The notes under the pieces are model-generated. The model was given only the letters and a program-made list of their open reading frames with translations, did no database searches and was not told where the DNA came from. Position numbers and translations under genes: made by a program. This document shows, piece by piece, positions 10,197 to 20,323 of a stretch of DNA of 64,000 bases; the stretch's first letter is position 1, and every line of letters starts with the position of its first letter. The DNA is from a virus (taxonomy: Duplodnaviria > Caudoviricetes). The stretch lies in IMG/VR virus record IMGVR_UViG_3300027847_001698. One strand, 5' to 3'.

Positions 10197-10237
10197 AATT
10201 TCACCAAAGTTAATTAGTTATAAACGATTGCTTCAAT

Positions 10238-10254
10238 TATAGATATATATAGAA
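10238..10254 (-). promoter_or_regulatory. Recurring motif class A (minus strand TTCTATATATATCTATA)
   Basis: 17-mer TATAGATATATATAGAA identical to 60689..60705; intergenic, upstream of a minus-strand gene. Confidence 0.55.
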
Positions 10255-10282
10255 TTAATTTTCTTACTTATTTACAGGTTAG

Positions 10283-10290
10283 AGAACAAA
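10283..10290 (+). promoter_or_regulatory. Recurring motif class B (AGAACAAA)
   Basis: Intergenic, 22 nt before ATG 10313; recurs before most plus-strand structural genes. Confidence 0.5.
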
Positions 10291-10312
10291 AAAATAATTA
10301 AAGGATTGATTT

Positions 10313-10825
10313 ATGACAACCATTCAAAACATTCTAAAGAATATAGTTCCCGGTCAAGCAAGTCAAGGATATGGTTATATATTTAAGGCTTTAAATGACT
10401 TCTATAAAAGTATTAGTAAAGAAATAACAATAACATATGTAAAAAAAGAAGCAGGTGGAACTACGGTATATTACGAATTGCCATCTTCTGATAGAACCAA
10501 GATATACACTATAGTAATTTGGTTTGATTCTATAACTAGAGTAAGTTCAGGGACGGCTGTTAAAATTTATTCCGATTCCCCAAATTTCGCTTATACCTTT
10601 GCTTACACTTTTAATAACACTAAGGATCTTTTGTATTCAGACAAGTACCCACAGCAATTTATAAATATTCCACCAAAAAAAAGAAATCCGAGTGGATCTA
10701 AAGGATTTGATAAACATGTTTACTCATGCCTTAAACTAGCAACTAAACATGATTTAGCTACACTAGCTAGCAAATTTGAGACTATGCAAGAACCTATAGT
10801 TCCTCGATTTATTTCGCAGAAGTAG
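10313..10825 (+). CDS. Hypothetical protein, possibly a degenerate SWIM-like domain
   Basis: YSDSPNF...RNPSGSKGFDKHVY resembles CxCxxF...NP...CKH with Cys replaced by Asp. Confidence 0.45.
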   Translation: MTTIQNILKNIVPGQASQGYGYIFKALNDFYKSISKEITITYVKKEAGGTTVYYELPSSDRTKIYTIVIWFDSITRVSSGTAVKIYSDSPNFAYTFAYTFNNTKDLLYSDKYPQQFINIPPKKRNPSGSKGFDKHVYSCLKLATKHDLATLASKFETMQEPIVPRFISQK

Positions 10826-11042
10826 ATATTATCATATACCCTTAGTGATATAGTTTCTATCTTATATGAATATACGCGTGTCACAACTACGTTGTTCATC
10901 ATCAGGGCATAATAATTTATTAATTATATAGTCCCGTCACCTATTGATAATAAACGTTTTTTATCTTAGCCATATCATATCTCAATGTTCAAGTCTACTA
11001 GAACTATTAATCCTAGTAGACTTAACAATAATTAATTTTTAA

Positions 11043-12152
11043 TTAGATATGTTGTTCTAACTTGTTAATTGCATTGTTAGCTATAAATTCACTAGCTGCC
11101 TTTTTATTGAATTTTATAAATAATATTTCAGGAAGTTGATCTATTGAATCTGCAGTTGTTTCAACTTGAGCTAATGGTACAAAATTAGATCTTGTAGAGA
11201 TTCGTAATATCGTTTTCTCTCCAGTTCTAATTCTGTGTCTATTTGAATTATCTATAGCAAGGTAATAGAATACCCTTTCATCATCTTCTAAATATGCTAA
11301 TGATTCTTCTGTTAAACCTGTTCCTTTAACTCGAATAGAATTAGAAAGTATTTCGAATACTTTATAATTATTCATATCTTCAGGGTCAGTTATTTGGACT
11401 TCATTTAAGTTAGTTAACTCAACAACATCCATATTTCTAAACTGTGACAATTCAACATTGGCACTTGCTAGAAAGTCTTGACCATATTTTCTAGAGAATC
11501 TATTCAAATGACATCTATTCATGAAATCATTATTTTCAATAGCGACCTTCAGATTAGATGGCCGTCTGAGTTCTTGACGTGTTAGAAATTCTCTAGTGAA
11601 CGATTGGGTCTCATATAACTTATTCCATAATTCCTCATCATCATATGACCCTGCTGGCAATGATGTATGAATAGTTCTAGAATTTTGATCTTCTTGCCAA
11701 CTAACTTCAAATTCAATATAATCAGTATTAGAGAATATAAAAGTATCAGATTGTTGAGCTTGGTTACCGGTAGAAGTTCTAAACATTATAGGTGCCAATT
11801 TGTAATTGGTATCAACTATAATAGTTCGCTTTCCATAAGCACCATAACATGTACCTGATAATCTCGTTTCGTTTAGGATTCTACAATCTCCTAAAACTAT
11901 TGATGCCATTGCTTCAGCAGTAATATCATTCTCATCGTACTGAAAATACAATTTAGATGATTGGGCTGATGCATTTCTTCTAGATCTGGGAACGTCTATC
12001 TTGACAATATCCGGATCATAACTATATTCTATGCCTTTATGTACAACACACATTCTGGCGGAAAGAGAACTAAAGCCTGGATTAAATCGTACATATTTGA
12101 ATCCACTTTTGCTTATAGTTCCATTTCTATTAATTTTTAAGACTCCTATCAT
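11043..12152 (-). CDS. Hypothetical protein co-transcribed with the AAA/vWA pair
   Basis: 369-aa ORF with AGGAG RBS, 8 nt downstream of the AAA gene. Confidence 0.7.
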   Translation of the reverse strand: MIGVLKINRNGTISKSGFKYVRFNPGFSSLSARMCVVHKGIEYSYDPDIVKIDVPRSRRNASAQSSKLYFQYDENDITAEAMASIVLGDCRILNETRLSGTCYGAYGKRTIIVDTNYKLAPIMFRTSTGNQAQQSDTFIFSNTDYIEFEVSWQEDQNSRTIHTSLPAGSYDDEELWNKLYETQSFTREFLTRQELRRPSNLKVAIENNDFMNRCHLNRFSRKYGQDFLASANVELSQFRNMDVVELTNLNEVQITDPEDMNNYKVFEILSNSIRVKGTGLTEESLAYLEDDERVFYYLAIDNSNRHRIRTGEKTILRISTRSNFVPLAQVETTADSIDQLPEILFIKFNKKAASEFIANNAINKLEQHI

Positions 12153-12160
12153 TTTATCTC

Positions 12161-13411
12161 CTATACTATAACTATAATGTCTTTAATAAGGGCAACAACT
12201 TCACTATCCGCCAAAAGGCGTCTAGTGACCGGGGATGATACCTTCTGTTTGTTTCCTGACTGTTCCTCTCCTATAAGCAATTTTAATCCTAATGGAATGA
12301 TTGCTCTGAATTTTATTGCCAATGGTTTAATAATATCATCTTTGACAATATCTATCATTGGTGATACTGTTTTATCTTCTTTAAAATTATTATTTCTAAG
12401 ATGTTTAAGTAACTCACCGATTGTCGCACTCATTAATGCATAACAATCTACTTGGTTCATAGATGATATGACCCAATCCTTCGGGGAAGTTCTATCGTTT
12501 TCTGTTAAAACTACTTTTCTAGTTCCATTTAGGATTTCAAAAGATACCCATTTAGCCAAGAGTTGTCTGTATTCTACAAACTTCCCTGCATATTCTGGCC
12601 CAACACATCCTTTCATTACAGTATCAACCATATTAGCTGACAAATCCCCGCCCTCTATTATAGTTTCTAGCATGTCTAGTTCCATTGAAGCATAGGTCCA
12701 ACTTCTTGGACTGGCCCACGAACTACTTTCTAATGGAGTACTACTGAAACATTCCTCTGAATGTTGTAAGAACGATATAATATCTGGTCTTACTTGATTG
12801 GGTATTGCAAAATTAGTCACCCAACTATCAACATCGTAATCAACATAGATGTATCTCATTCTATTAGCAATTGGTGCTAACGTTTGCTGGAATCCTGCTT
12901 TATCATCAGACGAATTTCCTGCAAGTACAATTGCTACTCGTTCAGGTAATTTATGACTGTGTATCTTTTTACTACCCAACAATTGGAACATGTAATTCTG
13001 AATTGATTTTTGGGCAGTGTGGGCATCATCTAATAATAGAACAACAGGACTGTCGTCAGACGCTGGAGATACTTGTAGATTATGCTTGAAATTGAATATT
13101 TCAGGTGTTGACCATGGAACGAATTTCTCCGTGTCACCATCATCAGTCACCTTAATCATCGGCATTCCCGACAGCATATCAATTGTCATCTGACTTATAA
13201 ATACGACAACAAGACCCCAGCCTTGTTCTCTGCATATATGTTCCATCCATTCACTTTTCCCTAATCCCGGAGGTCCAGAGATCCATAATGTTGGAGACTG
13301 TTGTTTTGTTTTGTTTCTTTTTATTTGCAGTTGTACGTTACTGACAATATGAGGAGTTAACTCGCTTAATGTGAGACTTTGATTTGTAGTTATCGTTCGT
13401 TGTTGTGGCAT
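12161..13411 (-). CDS. MoxR-like AAA+ ATPase
   Basis: Walker A GPPGLGKS, Walker B LLLDD, AGNSSDD, ANRM arginine finger, ASPRSW lid motif. Confidence 0.9.
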   Translation of the reverse strand: MPQQRTITTNQSLTLSELTPHIVSNVQLQIKRNKTKQQSPTLWISGPPGLGKSEWMEHICREQGWGLVVVFISQMTIDMLSGMPMIKVTDDGDTEKFVPWSTPEIFNFKHNLQVSPASDDSPVVLLLDDAHTAQKSIQNYMFQLLGSKKIHSHKLPERVAIVLAGNSSDDKAGFQQTLAPIANRMRYIYVDYDVDSWVTNFAIPNQVRPDIISFLQHSEECFSSTPLESSSWASPRSWTYASMELDMLETIIEGGDLSANMVDTVMKGCVGPEYAGKFVEYRQLLAKWVSFEILNGTRKVVLTENDRTSPKDWVISSMNQVDCYALMSATIGELLKHLRNNNFKEDKTVSPMIDIVKDDIIKPLAIKFRAIIPLGLKLLIGEEQSGNKQKVSSPVTRRLLADSEVVALIKDIIVIV

Positions 13412-13420
13412 AAATTCTCC

Positions 13421-14866
13421 TTACTGATTAATTCTTATTACTCGTCCCAATAAACCGTGTACATTGTGATCACTATTTACAATCCATACTCTAGGAATAG
13501 AACTAGGTATGATATTTTGAGTTGTTTCTAAATCTGAATATAAATCTGTACATCCTACTAAAACTGATGGCTGTATATCTTGTCTTGATTTCATAAATTC
13601 AGCTATTTTCTCAAACACCCATTTATGAGATGTTCCGCCTGCATGACGCCTTTTTAATAAATCTTTTATTTCATCTTTCTCTCCACTTATACCTTTTTCA
13701 TAAAATTTAAGCCAGACATTATCATAATCATGAGTGGCTAACAAAACACCATCATAATATTCATCAGCTTCTATTGTTATTGATAATGCTTTAGTTACAT
13801 CTTCATCTGACATTGATCCAGACTGATCACTTACAAATATAGCATATCCTGGTATCTCATCCTCGTCAAAATTCGGCAAGTATGGCATATATGGATTTGC
13901 AAGCCACACCGTTCTAGGCATATGCCAAATTTGATCTTGGCTTACCTGTAATGCAGTCAAAATAGAATCTTTAAGTATTCTGGCCCAATCTATTTTGATT
14001 TTAAGTAGTCGTCTTAAAAATGCTTGAAATGATGTCGACCCTATACCTTTGGATAGAGTCTCCCCTAATTTTCCTCTAGCTATGGCTGTTCTGCCTTCTT
14101 TTTCTCCAGCTTTATCTTTACCAATAATCTGTTCTAATGGTGGAAAGTTAATATCCGTTCTAGTGTGTCCACCAAGACCAGGAAGATCAATTGTTGTTTC
14201 AGTTATCTCAACTACTTGGCCATCTATATCCTCAGGACTTTTAGAAATGGAAGGAGTTTCTCCTTCTCCATCTACTGAATTTTTAAAGTCGGCATACGAC
14301 ATATAGTACTTTTTCTTTTTGTAAGATTTAGAAGCTAATTGAGAATAGACTTCTTCCTCTAGCATATTCTCAAACATACTATTTAATAAAATATACCCAT
14401 CAGGAATTTCAGATATGCCCAAGTTGACCAAGTTGTCTGCCTTAGACGATGTTTGATTATGGGATTCTTCTTCCAAATGTTTTAGTATTAAATTAATAAC
14501 ATAGTCACATGCTATATTCCATAACTCTGGATCTCTATGGCCTCTTCTTCTATTATGTTGAAGCATTATATGTAATACTTCGTGCATAAAAAGAGTACTC
14601 AATAATTGACTTCTCGTTATCCTTTTCCCTACCACGGTGAAAAAAGCAGATGTGGGACATATCCATATTGTTTCATAATCAGTACATGCAGGAACATCCT
14701 GTGGAAATGGAAGACTATCTACAAACTTTATATCATAATTTAAACATTCTAATGCAAACGGTAAAAATATATTATCTCGTAATGCTGTGGATAATATAAC
14801 ATCCTTCTCTCTTTGTAATTTAGGGAGCTCTCTTGTGAATAATGCTTTTCTATTTAGGTCAGACAT
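13421..14866 (-). CDS. DUF2201-type metallopeptidase-vWA protein
   Basis: HEVLH (HExxH), WNIACDYVIN, C-terminal vWA MIDAS-like DQSGS, GGTSH, CTD. Confidence 0.88.
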   Translation of the reverse strand: MSDLNRKALFTRELPKLQREKDVILSTALRDNIFLPFALECLNYDIKFVDSLPFPQDVPACTDYETIWICPTSAFFTVVGKRITRSQLLSTLFMHEVLHIMLQHNRRRGHRDPELWNIACDYVINLILKHLEEESHNQTSSKADNLVNLGISEIPDGYILLNSMFENMLEEEVYSQLASKSYKKKKYYMSYADFKNSVDGEGETPSISKSPEDIDGQVVEITETTIDLPGLGGHTRTDINFPPLEQIIGKDKAGEKEGRTAIARGKLGETLSKGIGSTSFQAFLRRLLKIKIDWARILKDSILTALQVSQDQIWHMPRTVWLANPYMPYLPNFDEDEIPGYAIFVSDQSGSMSDEDVTKALSITIEADEYYDGVLLATHDYDNVWLKFYEKGISGEKDEIKDLLKRRHAGGTSHKWVFEKIAEFMKSRQDIQPSVLVGCTDLYSDLETTQNIIPSSIPRVWIVNSDHNVHGLLGRVIRINQ

Positions 14867-14882
14867 ATTTATTTACCCTCCT

Positions 14883-14923
14883 AAAAAAAACAAAGTGACA
14901 AAGGTATTACCCCCTGCCACTCT
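14883..14923 (-). terminator. Intrinsic terminator
   Basis: Minus strand AGAGUGGCAGGGG...CCUUUGUCACUUU 13-bp stem (4 G-U pairs that work only on this strand) followed by a U8 tract. Confidence 0.7.
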
Positions 14924-14935
14924 ATTTTTTTTACG

Positions 14936-15679
14936 TTATACTGTTACTTCCGGATAGACTGGAGCTCCCGCTCCTTTAATAGACTTCTCGAGTAACGCCC
15001 GCTGCTGGCGAGCGGAAACAATCACCAGCTTGTTTTCCGCTTTGGGTTTTTTCACCAACATGAATTTGTCAGCTTCCGTCATAGCTTCCGCACACTCAAC
15101 ACATGACTTTGCAGCCAAGAGAGTGCTATGTTGGTGGAGGTGTTGTGTAGCTACGAAATATGATGGAGTGGCAGGAAAAATCCGACAGTGATCGGTGTCA
15201 ACTTGCAACCCAAACGAGGTATGTTTCATGTCCATGAATGCCCAGGCGATGTGCCTAGCCAACCAATTCATGGGTCGGAATACACCGAGAGGTGTCGGAT
15301 TTCCATTGAAGTGATCTCTTGGTACACAGGATAGGAACGACATTGACATCTTCGTTTCTTGTTTCACAGGGTCATGATAGTCCCCTAAACTCATGTGACC
15401 AAAACAACGGATCTCGGTCTCTTGGGTTTTAAGGTTATACATAGCCATGTGGATGGCCGCCGCGACCGAGTTTCGACTCTTTGAAAGGAAGAACTCATAC
15501 CTAAGTGATTCTTCCCTCGATGCGGTGCTGGATTTGTATTGCGCCGTTCCGCTGCAGGCATGGTCTAGGTTTGAACCTATCCACATACCGGCTTGAATCG
15601 GAGAGATCTCTGATGCCGCTCTTTTATAACTCTTTGTTGTTGACTTCTGCGTGGGAGCAGTTCCGGAAGCGTTTGGCAC
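14936..15679 (-). CDS. Hypothetical protein (GC-rich relative to its neighbours)
   Basis: GTG start with AAGGAG RBS; line 15001-15060 is 30/60 GC versus 12/60 for line 10381-10440. Confidence 0.65.
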   Translation of the reverse strand: MPNASGTAPTQKSTTKSYKRAASEISPIQAGMWIGSNLDHACSGTAQYKSSTASREESLRYEFFLSKSRNSVAAAIHMAMYNLKTQETEIRCFGHMSLGDYHDPVKQETKMSMSFLSCVPRDHFNGNPTPLGVFRPMNWLARHIAWAFMDMKHTSFGLQVDTDHCRIFPATPSYFVATQHLHQHSTLLAAKSCVECAEAMTEADKFMLVKKPKAENKLVIVSARQQRALLEKSIKGAGAPVYPEVTV

Positions 15680-15787
15680 TTTAGGCGGTTCTCCTTGTTA
15701 AAAAAGATGGAAGGGTTTTATTCTTCCGGTTCTCGGTTTAATGGAAAACATTATTAATACATAACAAAGTTTTCCTCTCATAATTTA

Positions 15788-15799
15788 ATATATATAGAA
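15788..15799 (-). promoter_or_regulatory. Motif class A
   Basis: ATATATATAGAA, the 12-mer shared with 10243..10254 and 60694..60705. Confidence 0.5.
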
Positions 15800-15834
15800 T
15801 GAGTTTATTAAACCAAGATACGATTAATACGACA

Positions 15835-15842
15835 AGAACAAA
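15835..15842 (+). promoter_or_regulatory. Motif class B (AGAACAAA)
   Basis: At the head of the plus-strand structural gene run. Confidence 0.5.
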
Positions 15843-15877
15843 TAATAAGAGGAAATGCCATCCACGGAAAAAGTTTC

Positions 15878-16036
15878 ATGAATGATAAATTTATACAAGT
15901 TAAACAAATACTGCAAGATAACACATCTGCAACTATATCTGGGTACGAATCTTTACCTACCAATAATGGTAATTTAATAGATTCATCTAAGAAAAAGAAA
16001 AAGAAAAAAATACTAAAGTTATATAAAGACTACTAA
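15878..16036 (+). CDS. Small Lys-rich protein (52 aa; absent from ORF track)
   Basis: Hand translation MNDKFIQVKQILQDNTSATISGYESLPTNNGNLIDSSKKKKKKKILKLYKDY; its stop abuts ATG 16037. Confidence 0.55.
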   Translation: MNDKFIQVKQILQDNTSATISGYESLPTNNGNLIDSSKKKKKKKILKLYKDY

Positions 16037-17113
16037 ATGGCACAATCTATTGTTGATACCCCATATCTGGATACATCGCCTCCAGTTTTCAATGTCTCTC
16101 CTGTAATTGTTGAACCTTTCATTTTTGTCCCTGAAATTAATTATTGGGCCACTAATGTTATAGAAAACAGTTCAGTGGAAGTAGACTATATGAAAAAACC
16201 AGTTAAAGTTTCTGAAACCGATTGGAAGCTAGATGGTTCAGTATTAGACTTATTGTTTAATTATACCTACAATTCCGATAAGTACGGTATATACTATAGA
16301 AAAGTATCAAAAGAAAAAATAACAGATAAACAGGTTAGTAATAGAATTAGTATATATGCTGGCCGATTAGATATATATCATTCTGATTCTACAACTGCAT
16401 TAGAAGTAGGAGTGGTAGCTGGAGATACCACCACATTTGGTATGAGTGTAGAAATTATTCCTGATACTACTATTACTCTTGTACAAGCTCAAGATAATGC
16501 TCTTCTACTTGATACTAATGTACTGGATAGCAAAAACATCTTCAATATCACATTTGGTGAGAATGATATGTTGTCATTATTATATGATTTCAAAGTAGGA
16601 AATACTATAGTATTAAATAGCATAGTGTATAATGACCTTCCTAGTGATCTATCAAAGCTAATTTATATATTTCTGAATTACGAATTAAATAATGATACAA
16701 CATTATATGAAACAGGAACTTCTCTCTCCACCGAAGATAGACTTATAACTTGGTTATTTGAACAGTGGTTAGTAAATCATTTCTTTAGACGAAAGAAATT
16801 CAATCCTTCGTTACCTTTTACAGATTTAGGATCTTTATTAGAAAGTCAAGATTTTTGGCAGATTATAGAATTAGATCAAACTTCTATAACTGATAAAAAA
16901 GTTGTATTTCCTCCAGGAAAAGATCCTATAAATGCATCATTCATATTTATGGCGCATGATTCACATAAGCAAGTATTAGATACTGATTATAAATTTATAA
17001 CCAACGATGATTCTACTGCATCAGCAGAAGTAAACTGGAGCGGATTAGGACTAGAGAGTAAAGTATCTCTAACCGATAGAATCTATTTATTATGGGCATA
17101 CAATCCTAATTAA
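16037..17113 (+). CDS. Probable virion/baseplate structural protein
   Basis: 358-aa ORF at the start of the tail cluster; position only. Confidence 0.5.
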   Translation: MAQSIVDTPYLDTSPPVFNVSPVIVEPFIFVPEINYWATNVIENSSVEVDYMKKPVKVSETDWKLDGSVLDLLFNYTYNSDKYGIYYRKVSKEKITDKQVSNRISIYAGRLDIYHSDSTTALEVGVVAGDTTTFGMSVEIIPDTTITLVQAQDNALLLDTNVLDSKNIFNITFGENDMLSLLYDFKVGNTIVLNSIVYNDLPSDLSKLIYIFLNYELNNDTTLYETGTSLSTEDRLITWLFEQWLVNHFFRRKKFNPSLPFTDLGSLLESQDFWQIIELDQTSITDKKVVFPPGKDPINASFIFMAHDSHKQVLDTDYKFITNDDSTASAEVNWSGLGLESKVSLTDRIYLLWAYNPN

Positions 17114-17115
17114 AC

Positions 17116-19572
17116 ATGCATAGTCACAACGACGTTTTCACTCTAATTAAATTCTATGATGACAATAAAAACATTATAGGTTCAAGTCAATCCGATCTAC
17201 AGGACATAATTCTTACAACTGAAACAAAAGATATAGAAGAAACGACCCTGCAAATTGCAATTGATACTAAGCTGCAAACTTTAGAATATTTCAAAGTAGC
17301 AATAGATGTTCCTGCTTTTAATTCAACTGATTATAATAAAATAAGAAGATTACTTATAGACTGGTATTCCGCAAATAAAACCTTCTCGACTCTTCAAAAA
17401 AATACATCTGACCCTAATACATTAGAAGCACCATTATTAGAAGAAGCAATAAAGAGTATGGGTTTTAATTACTCTCATCTAATAACACAAAAAGATTCTA
17501 GAGCTCAGTTTTTATTAAACTTAACAGAGCTATATAAAACAAAAGGCTCACCTCAAACTATGTTAGATGCATTAAAATTCTTCGGATTCTTTAATGTAAA
17601 GGTGTATGAATGGTGGTTAGTAAGAGATCATACTGATGATAAATTCACATTCGAAGGTCGGAAAGTAAATACGACTGAGACTGAATTTGAAAGTGTATTT
17701 CCTGAAACACGACTTTTAGATTATGAAGACTTTGAATTATTAGCTGATCCTCATTGGTTTTATAATAAAGCAAAAATATTAGAATTAGATAATGATCCTG
17801 ATAGAGGACTGTTAGGGTTACCTTCAGGTACTCCATATTTCAGTCTAGCTTCTATTGCTGACATCGGAACTATCAATGAATCATATCTAATCATTAGTAG
17901 GTTAGTTAAGGATCAATACGATAATCATATTGCAGGAACTCCTCCACCTAAAGATATTTTAATTGATGCATTCAGATATAAAGTGTCATTACTTTCGTTA
18001 TTTTTATCTATTCTTTATATTCATTGGAAATACAATGATTTCTTAAAATATGATAAACTTAGAGATTATGTTATTACAGAGTTTTTTGTTGATCCCGAAA
18101 CTGATCTATTAAATCCTTTTACATTTGAACAACCAAATTCATATGAAAAACTTCTCTTCTGGACTATTGCAAGAGTTAATGCCATTGGTGATCCTGATCC
18201 ATTTGATATAACGGCATCTAACAAAGCAATAAATCTCCCTAAAGTTAAGACTATACCTGATCTTCCTGTAACTGCGGAATTGAATACACTGAATACCGTG
18301 TTAATTGGTGCTAGTGGTACTCCAGAAATATACAAATACAATGGAACATCTTGGGACCTTAGTGAAATTCCATTCATTGCCAAACAGCCACAATCAGAAA
18401 CATCATTTAAATTATATCCGGCATGTCATGAAGTTTATGATTCTGAAGTTGATGTCTCAAGTGATTTAAATGATTCGTTTTTAAATTTTGATGATTCAGT
18501 AATCAATTATGATGAAAAGGTATTATATCCTCTGTTAAATAGATCTCCAAATCTACCCGATTTTGCTAAGTATTTATATGCAACAGATGATGATATTCCT
18601 AACTACAATCTACCATTTACACAAGTCGTAGATTTAGAAGAAGAGATTACAGAAACAATTGCAGCATACAAAACAACAATTGAAAGACCTACTGATTATG
18701 ATGACGCTAAAGCAAAATTAGATACGTTGTTATCTACCTATCATAGAAATCAATCATTAAACTTCTTACAGAATAAAATAAACCCTGAAGCATTACTGAC
18801 AGCTTTGAATCCTGAATTTAAAGCAGATATTGATGCACGAATTGGTACTGACTTATTTTCATCTGTCGATATAGAAGAGATACTGTTCATTGAATTAGAT
18901 GCGTTTTCTGCTGGATTAATTGGCAAAACTCCTATTGATCTAAAACAATTATTATTAGGTATTCCTAATATTGATACTAAGTTCATTCCTGTTGTTGATT
19001 TCTGGAAGCCTAAGCGTGCTAGATTTTTAGCATTTGAGTTGATATATCAGATATCTAATGCATTAACTGATTCTATTAATTTAAAGGATACACTTAGCCA
19101 AACAATATCTGAAACTTATCATGACACGATTAGAGGAGTACATAGAGAGAACTATGATGTATACCCGTATAGCCATGATCAGAACCATGTAAGAGACGAG
19201 GTAACTGTATCAATGACATTGTTCAATGATGACCCAATTCCATCTATACAGATAGCAACTGGACCACATAGGCTATACCCATGTAAAGCTCTTACAGGGG
19301 ATGACCTATCAGCTAAAAATGATTTAGTTACATTAGCTGATGACGAAGGAACAACATATACAATAATAGAAGGTGATAGAATAGTGTCATCATTTGATCA
19401 TAAGATATATGTAGCACAAGCAACCGGTACTACTTGGGTTGTAGCATACAATGGAACCTTAACCACAGATGACATTTTTAGAGTAGATACTGATTTAACT
19501 AAGACACCTGGATCTGCTGAAGTATCAGCATTGTACTTTTATAACGGATCTAGCTTAGACTTGATAATTTAG
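17116..19572 (+). CDS. Baseplate wedge protein (gp7/P2 gpI-like)
   Basis: LYKTKGSPQT matches the Y..KGT motif of gpI/gp7-type wedge proteins; tail cluster context. Confidence 0.55.
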   Translation: MHSHNDVFTLIKFYDDNKNIIGSSQSDLQDIILTTETKDIEETTLQIAIDTKLQTLEYFKVAIDVPAFNSTDYNKIRRLLIDWYSANKTFSTLQKNTSDPNTLEAPLLEEAIKSMGFNYSHLITQKDSRAQFLLNLTELYKTKGSPQTMLDALKFFGFFNVKVYEWWLVRDHTDDKFTFEGRKVNTTETEFESVFPETRLLDYEDFELLADPHWFYNKAKILELDNDPDRGLLGLPSGTPYFSLASIADIGTINESYLIISRLVKDQYDNHIAGTPPPKDILIDAFRYKVSLLSLFLSILYIHWKYNDFLKYDKLRDYVITEFFVDPETDLLNPFTFEQPNSYEKLLFWTIARVNAIGDPDPFDITASNKAINLPKVKTIPDLPVTAELNTLNTVLIGASGTPEIYKYNGTSWDLSEIPFIAKQPQSETSFKLYPACHEVYDSEVDVSSDLNDSFLNFDDSVINYDEKVLYPLLNRSPNLPDFAKYLYATDDDIPNYNLPFTQVVDLEEEITETIAAYKTTIERPTDYDDAKAKLDTLLSTYHRNQSLNFLQNKINPEALLTALNPEFKADIDARIGTDLFSSVDIEEILFIELDAFSAGLIGKTPIDLKQLLLGIPNIDTKFIPVVDFWKPKRARFLAFELIYQISNALTDSINLKDTLSQTISETYHDTIRGVHRENYDVYPYSHDQNHVRDEVTVSMTLFNDDPIPSIQIATGPHRLYPCKALTGDDLSAKNDLVTLADDEGTTYTIIEGDRIVSSFDHKIYVAQATGTTWVVAYNGTLTTDDIFRVDTDLTKTPGSAEVSALYFYNGSSLDLII

Positions 19573-19584
19573 AAAACGACAACT

Positions 19585-19592
19585 AGAACAAA
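19585..19592 (+). promoter_or_regulatory. Motif class B (AGAACAAA)
   Basis: In the 50-nt gap before ATG 19623. Confidence 0.5.
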
Positions 19593-19622
19593 TTTACTAT
19601 ATCACTAGTAGGAAATTAGAGA

Positions 19623-20303
19623 ATGGTCAATATAATAAACATTAAAGAAAATCTTCACAAACATGTAAAGGACGAAGTAACCTCTACGGTTAGAGGACAA
19701 GTAGAAATATACGAAAAGTTCCCCGATGGTAATTTAAAGTTACACGACAAAAGTAATTTAGTAGTATACCAAGGACGTAATTGGTTAATGCAAAGGGCAT
19801 TAAATGAAATCACTATTCCCGAATCTGTGTCAAATATAAAGAATGCATTTATATCTTGGTTTGGTTGTGGATCAGGTGGAGCATCGTCAAACTTAATGGT
19901 CCCATTAGCTCCATCATTGAGTGATGCAGATTTAACACAACAGTCAACTATAAATAACAAAGTCTCAACTGATTGTATTGATGATGGAAAATATCATCCA
20001 TTTGATAGTGTGGAATTTGTTATTGATTCTGATAACAATAATGAATTACTTAAAGCTTCTATAACTGTTACATTAGGAGCAGATGACGGTAATGGTCCAG
20101 CAGGCGGAACAACTGTTTCAGATTTCTATGACCTCAATGAAGCTGGCTTATATGTAAGTGACAGTAAACTTCAAGCGGACTTCACAGGTGGAAGTGCAGC
20201 CGCACATTTAGCAACTATTAGAATGTTTGCTAGAGTGACATTCAGCACATTAAGAAAGTTTCCAGAACGTCAGATTGTTTTCGTCTGGAATGTATTCTTT
20301 TAA
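19623..20303 (+). CDS. Tail-collar/fibre-attachment baseplate protein
   Basis: NLVVYQGR...FGCGSG...LNEAGLY...MFARVTF..LRK...VFVWNVFF pattern seen in fibre-anchoring baseplate proteins. Confidence 0.6.
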   Translation: MVNIINIKENLHKHVKDEVTSTVRGQVEIYEKFPDGNLKLHDKSNLVVYQGRNWLMQRALNEITIPESVSNIKNAFISWFGCGSGGASSNLMVPLAPSLSDADLTQQSTINNKVSTDCIDDGKYHPFDSVEFVIDSDNNNELLKASITVTLGADDGNGPAGGTTVSDFYDLNEAGLYVSDSKLQADFTGGSAAAHLATIRMFARVTFSTLRKFPERQIVFVWNVFF

Positions 20304-20323
20304 AAAAAGAGAGAAATAAAGAA

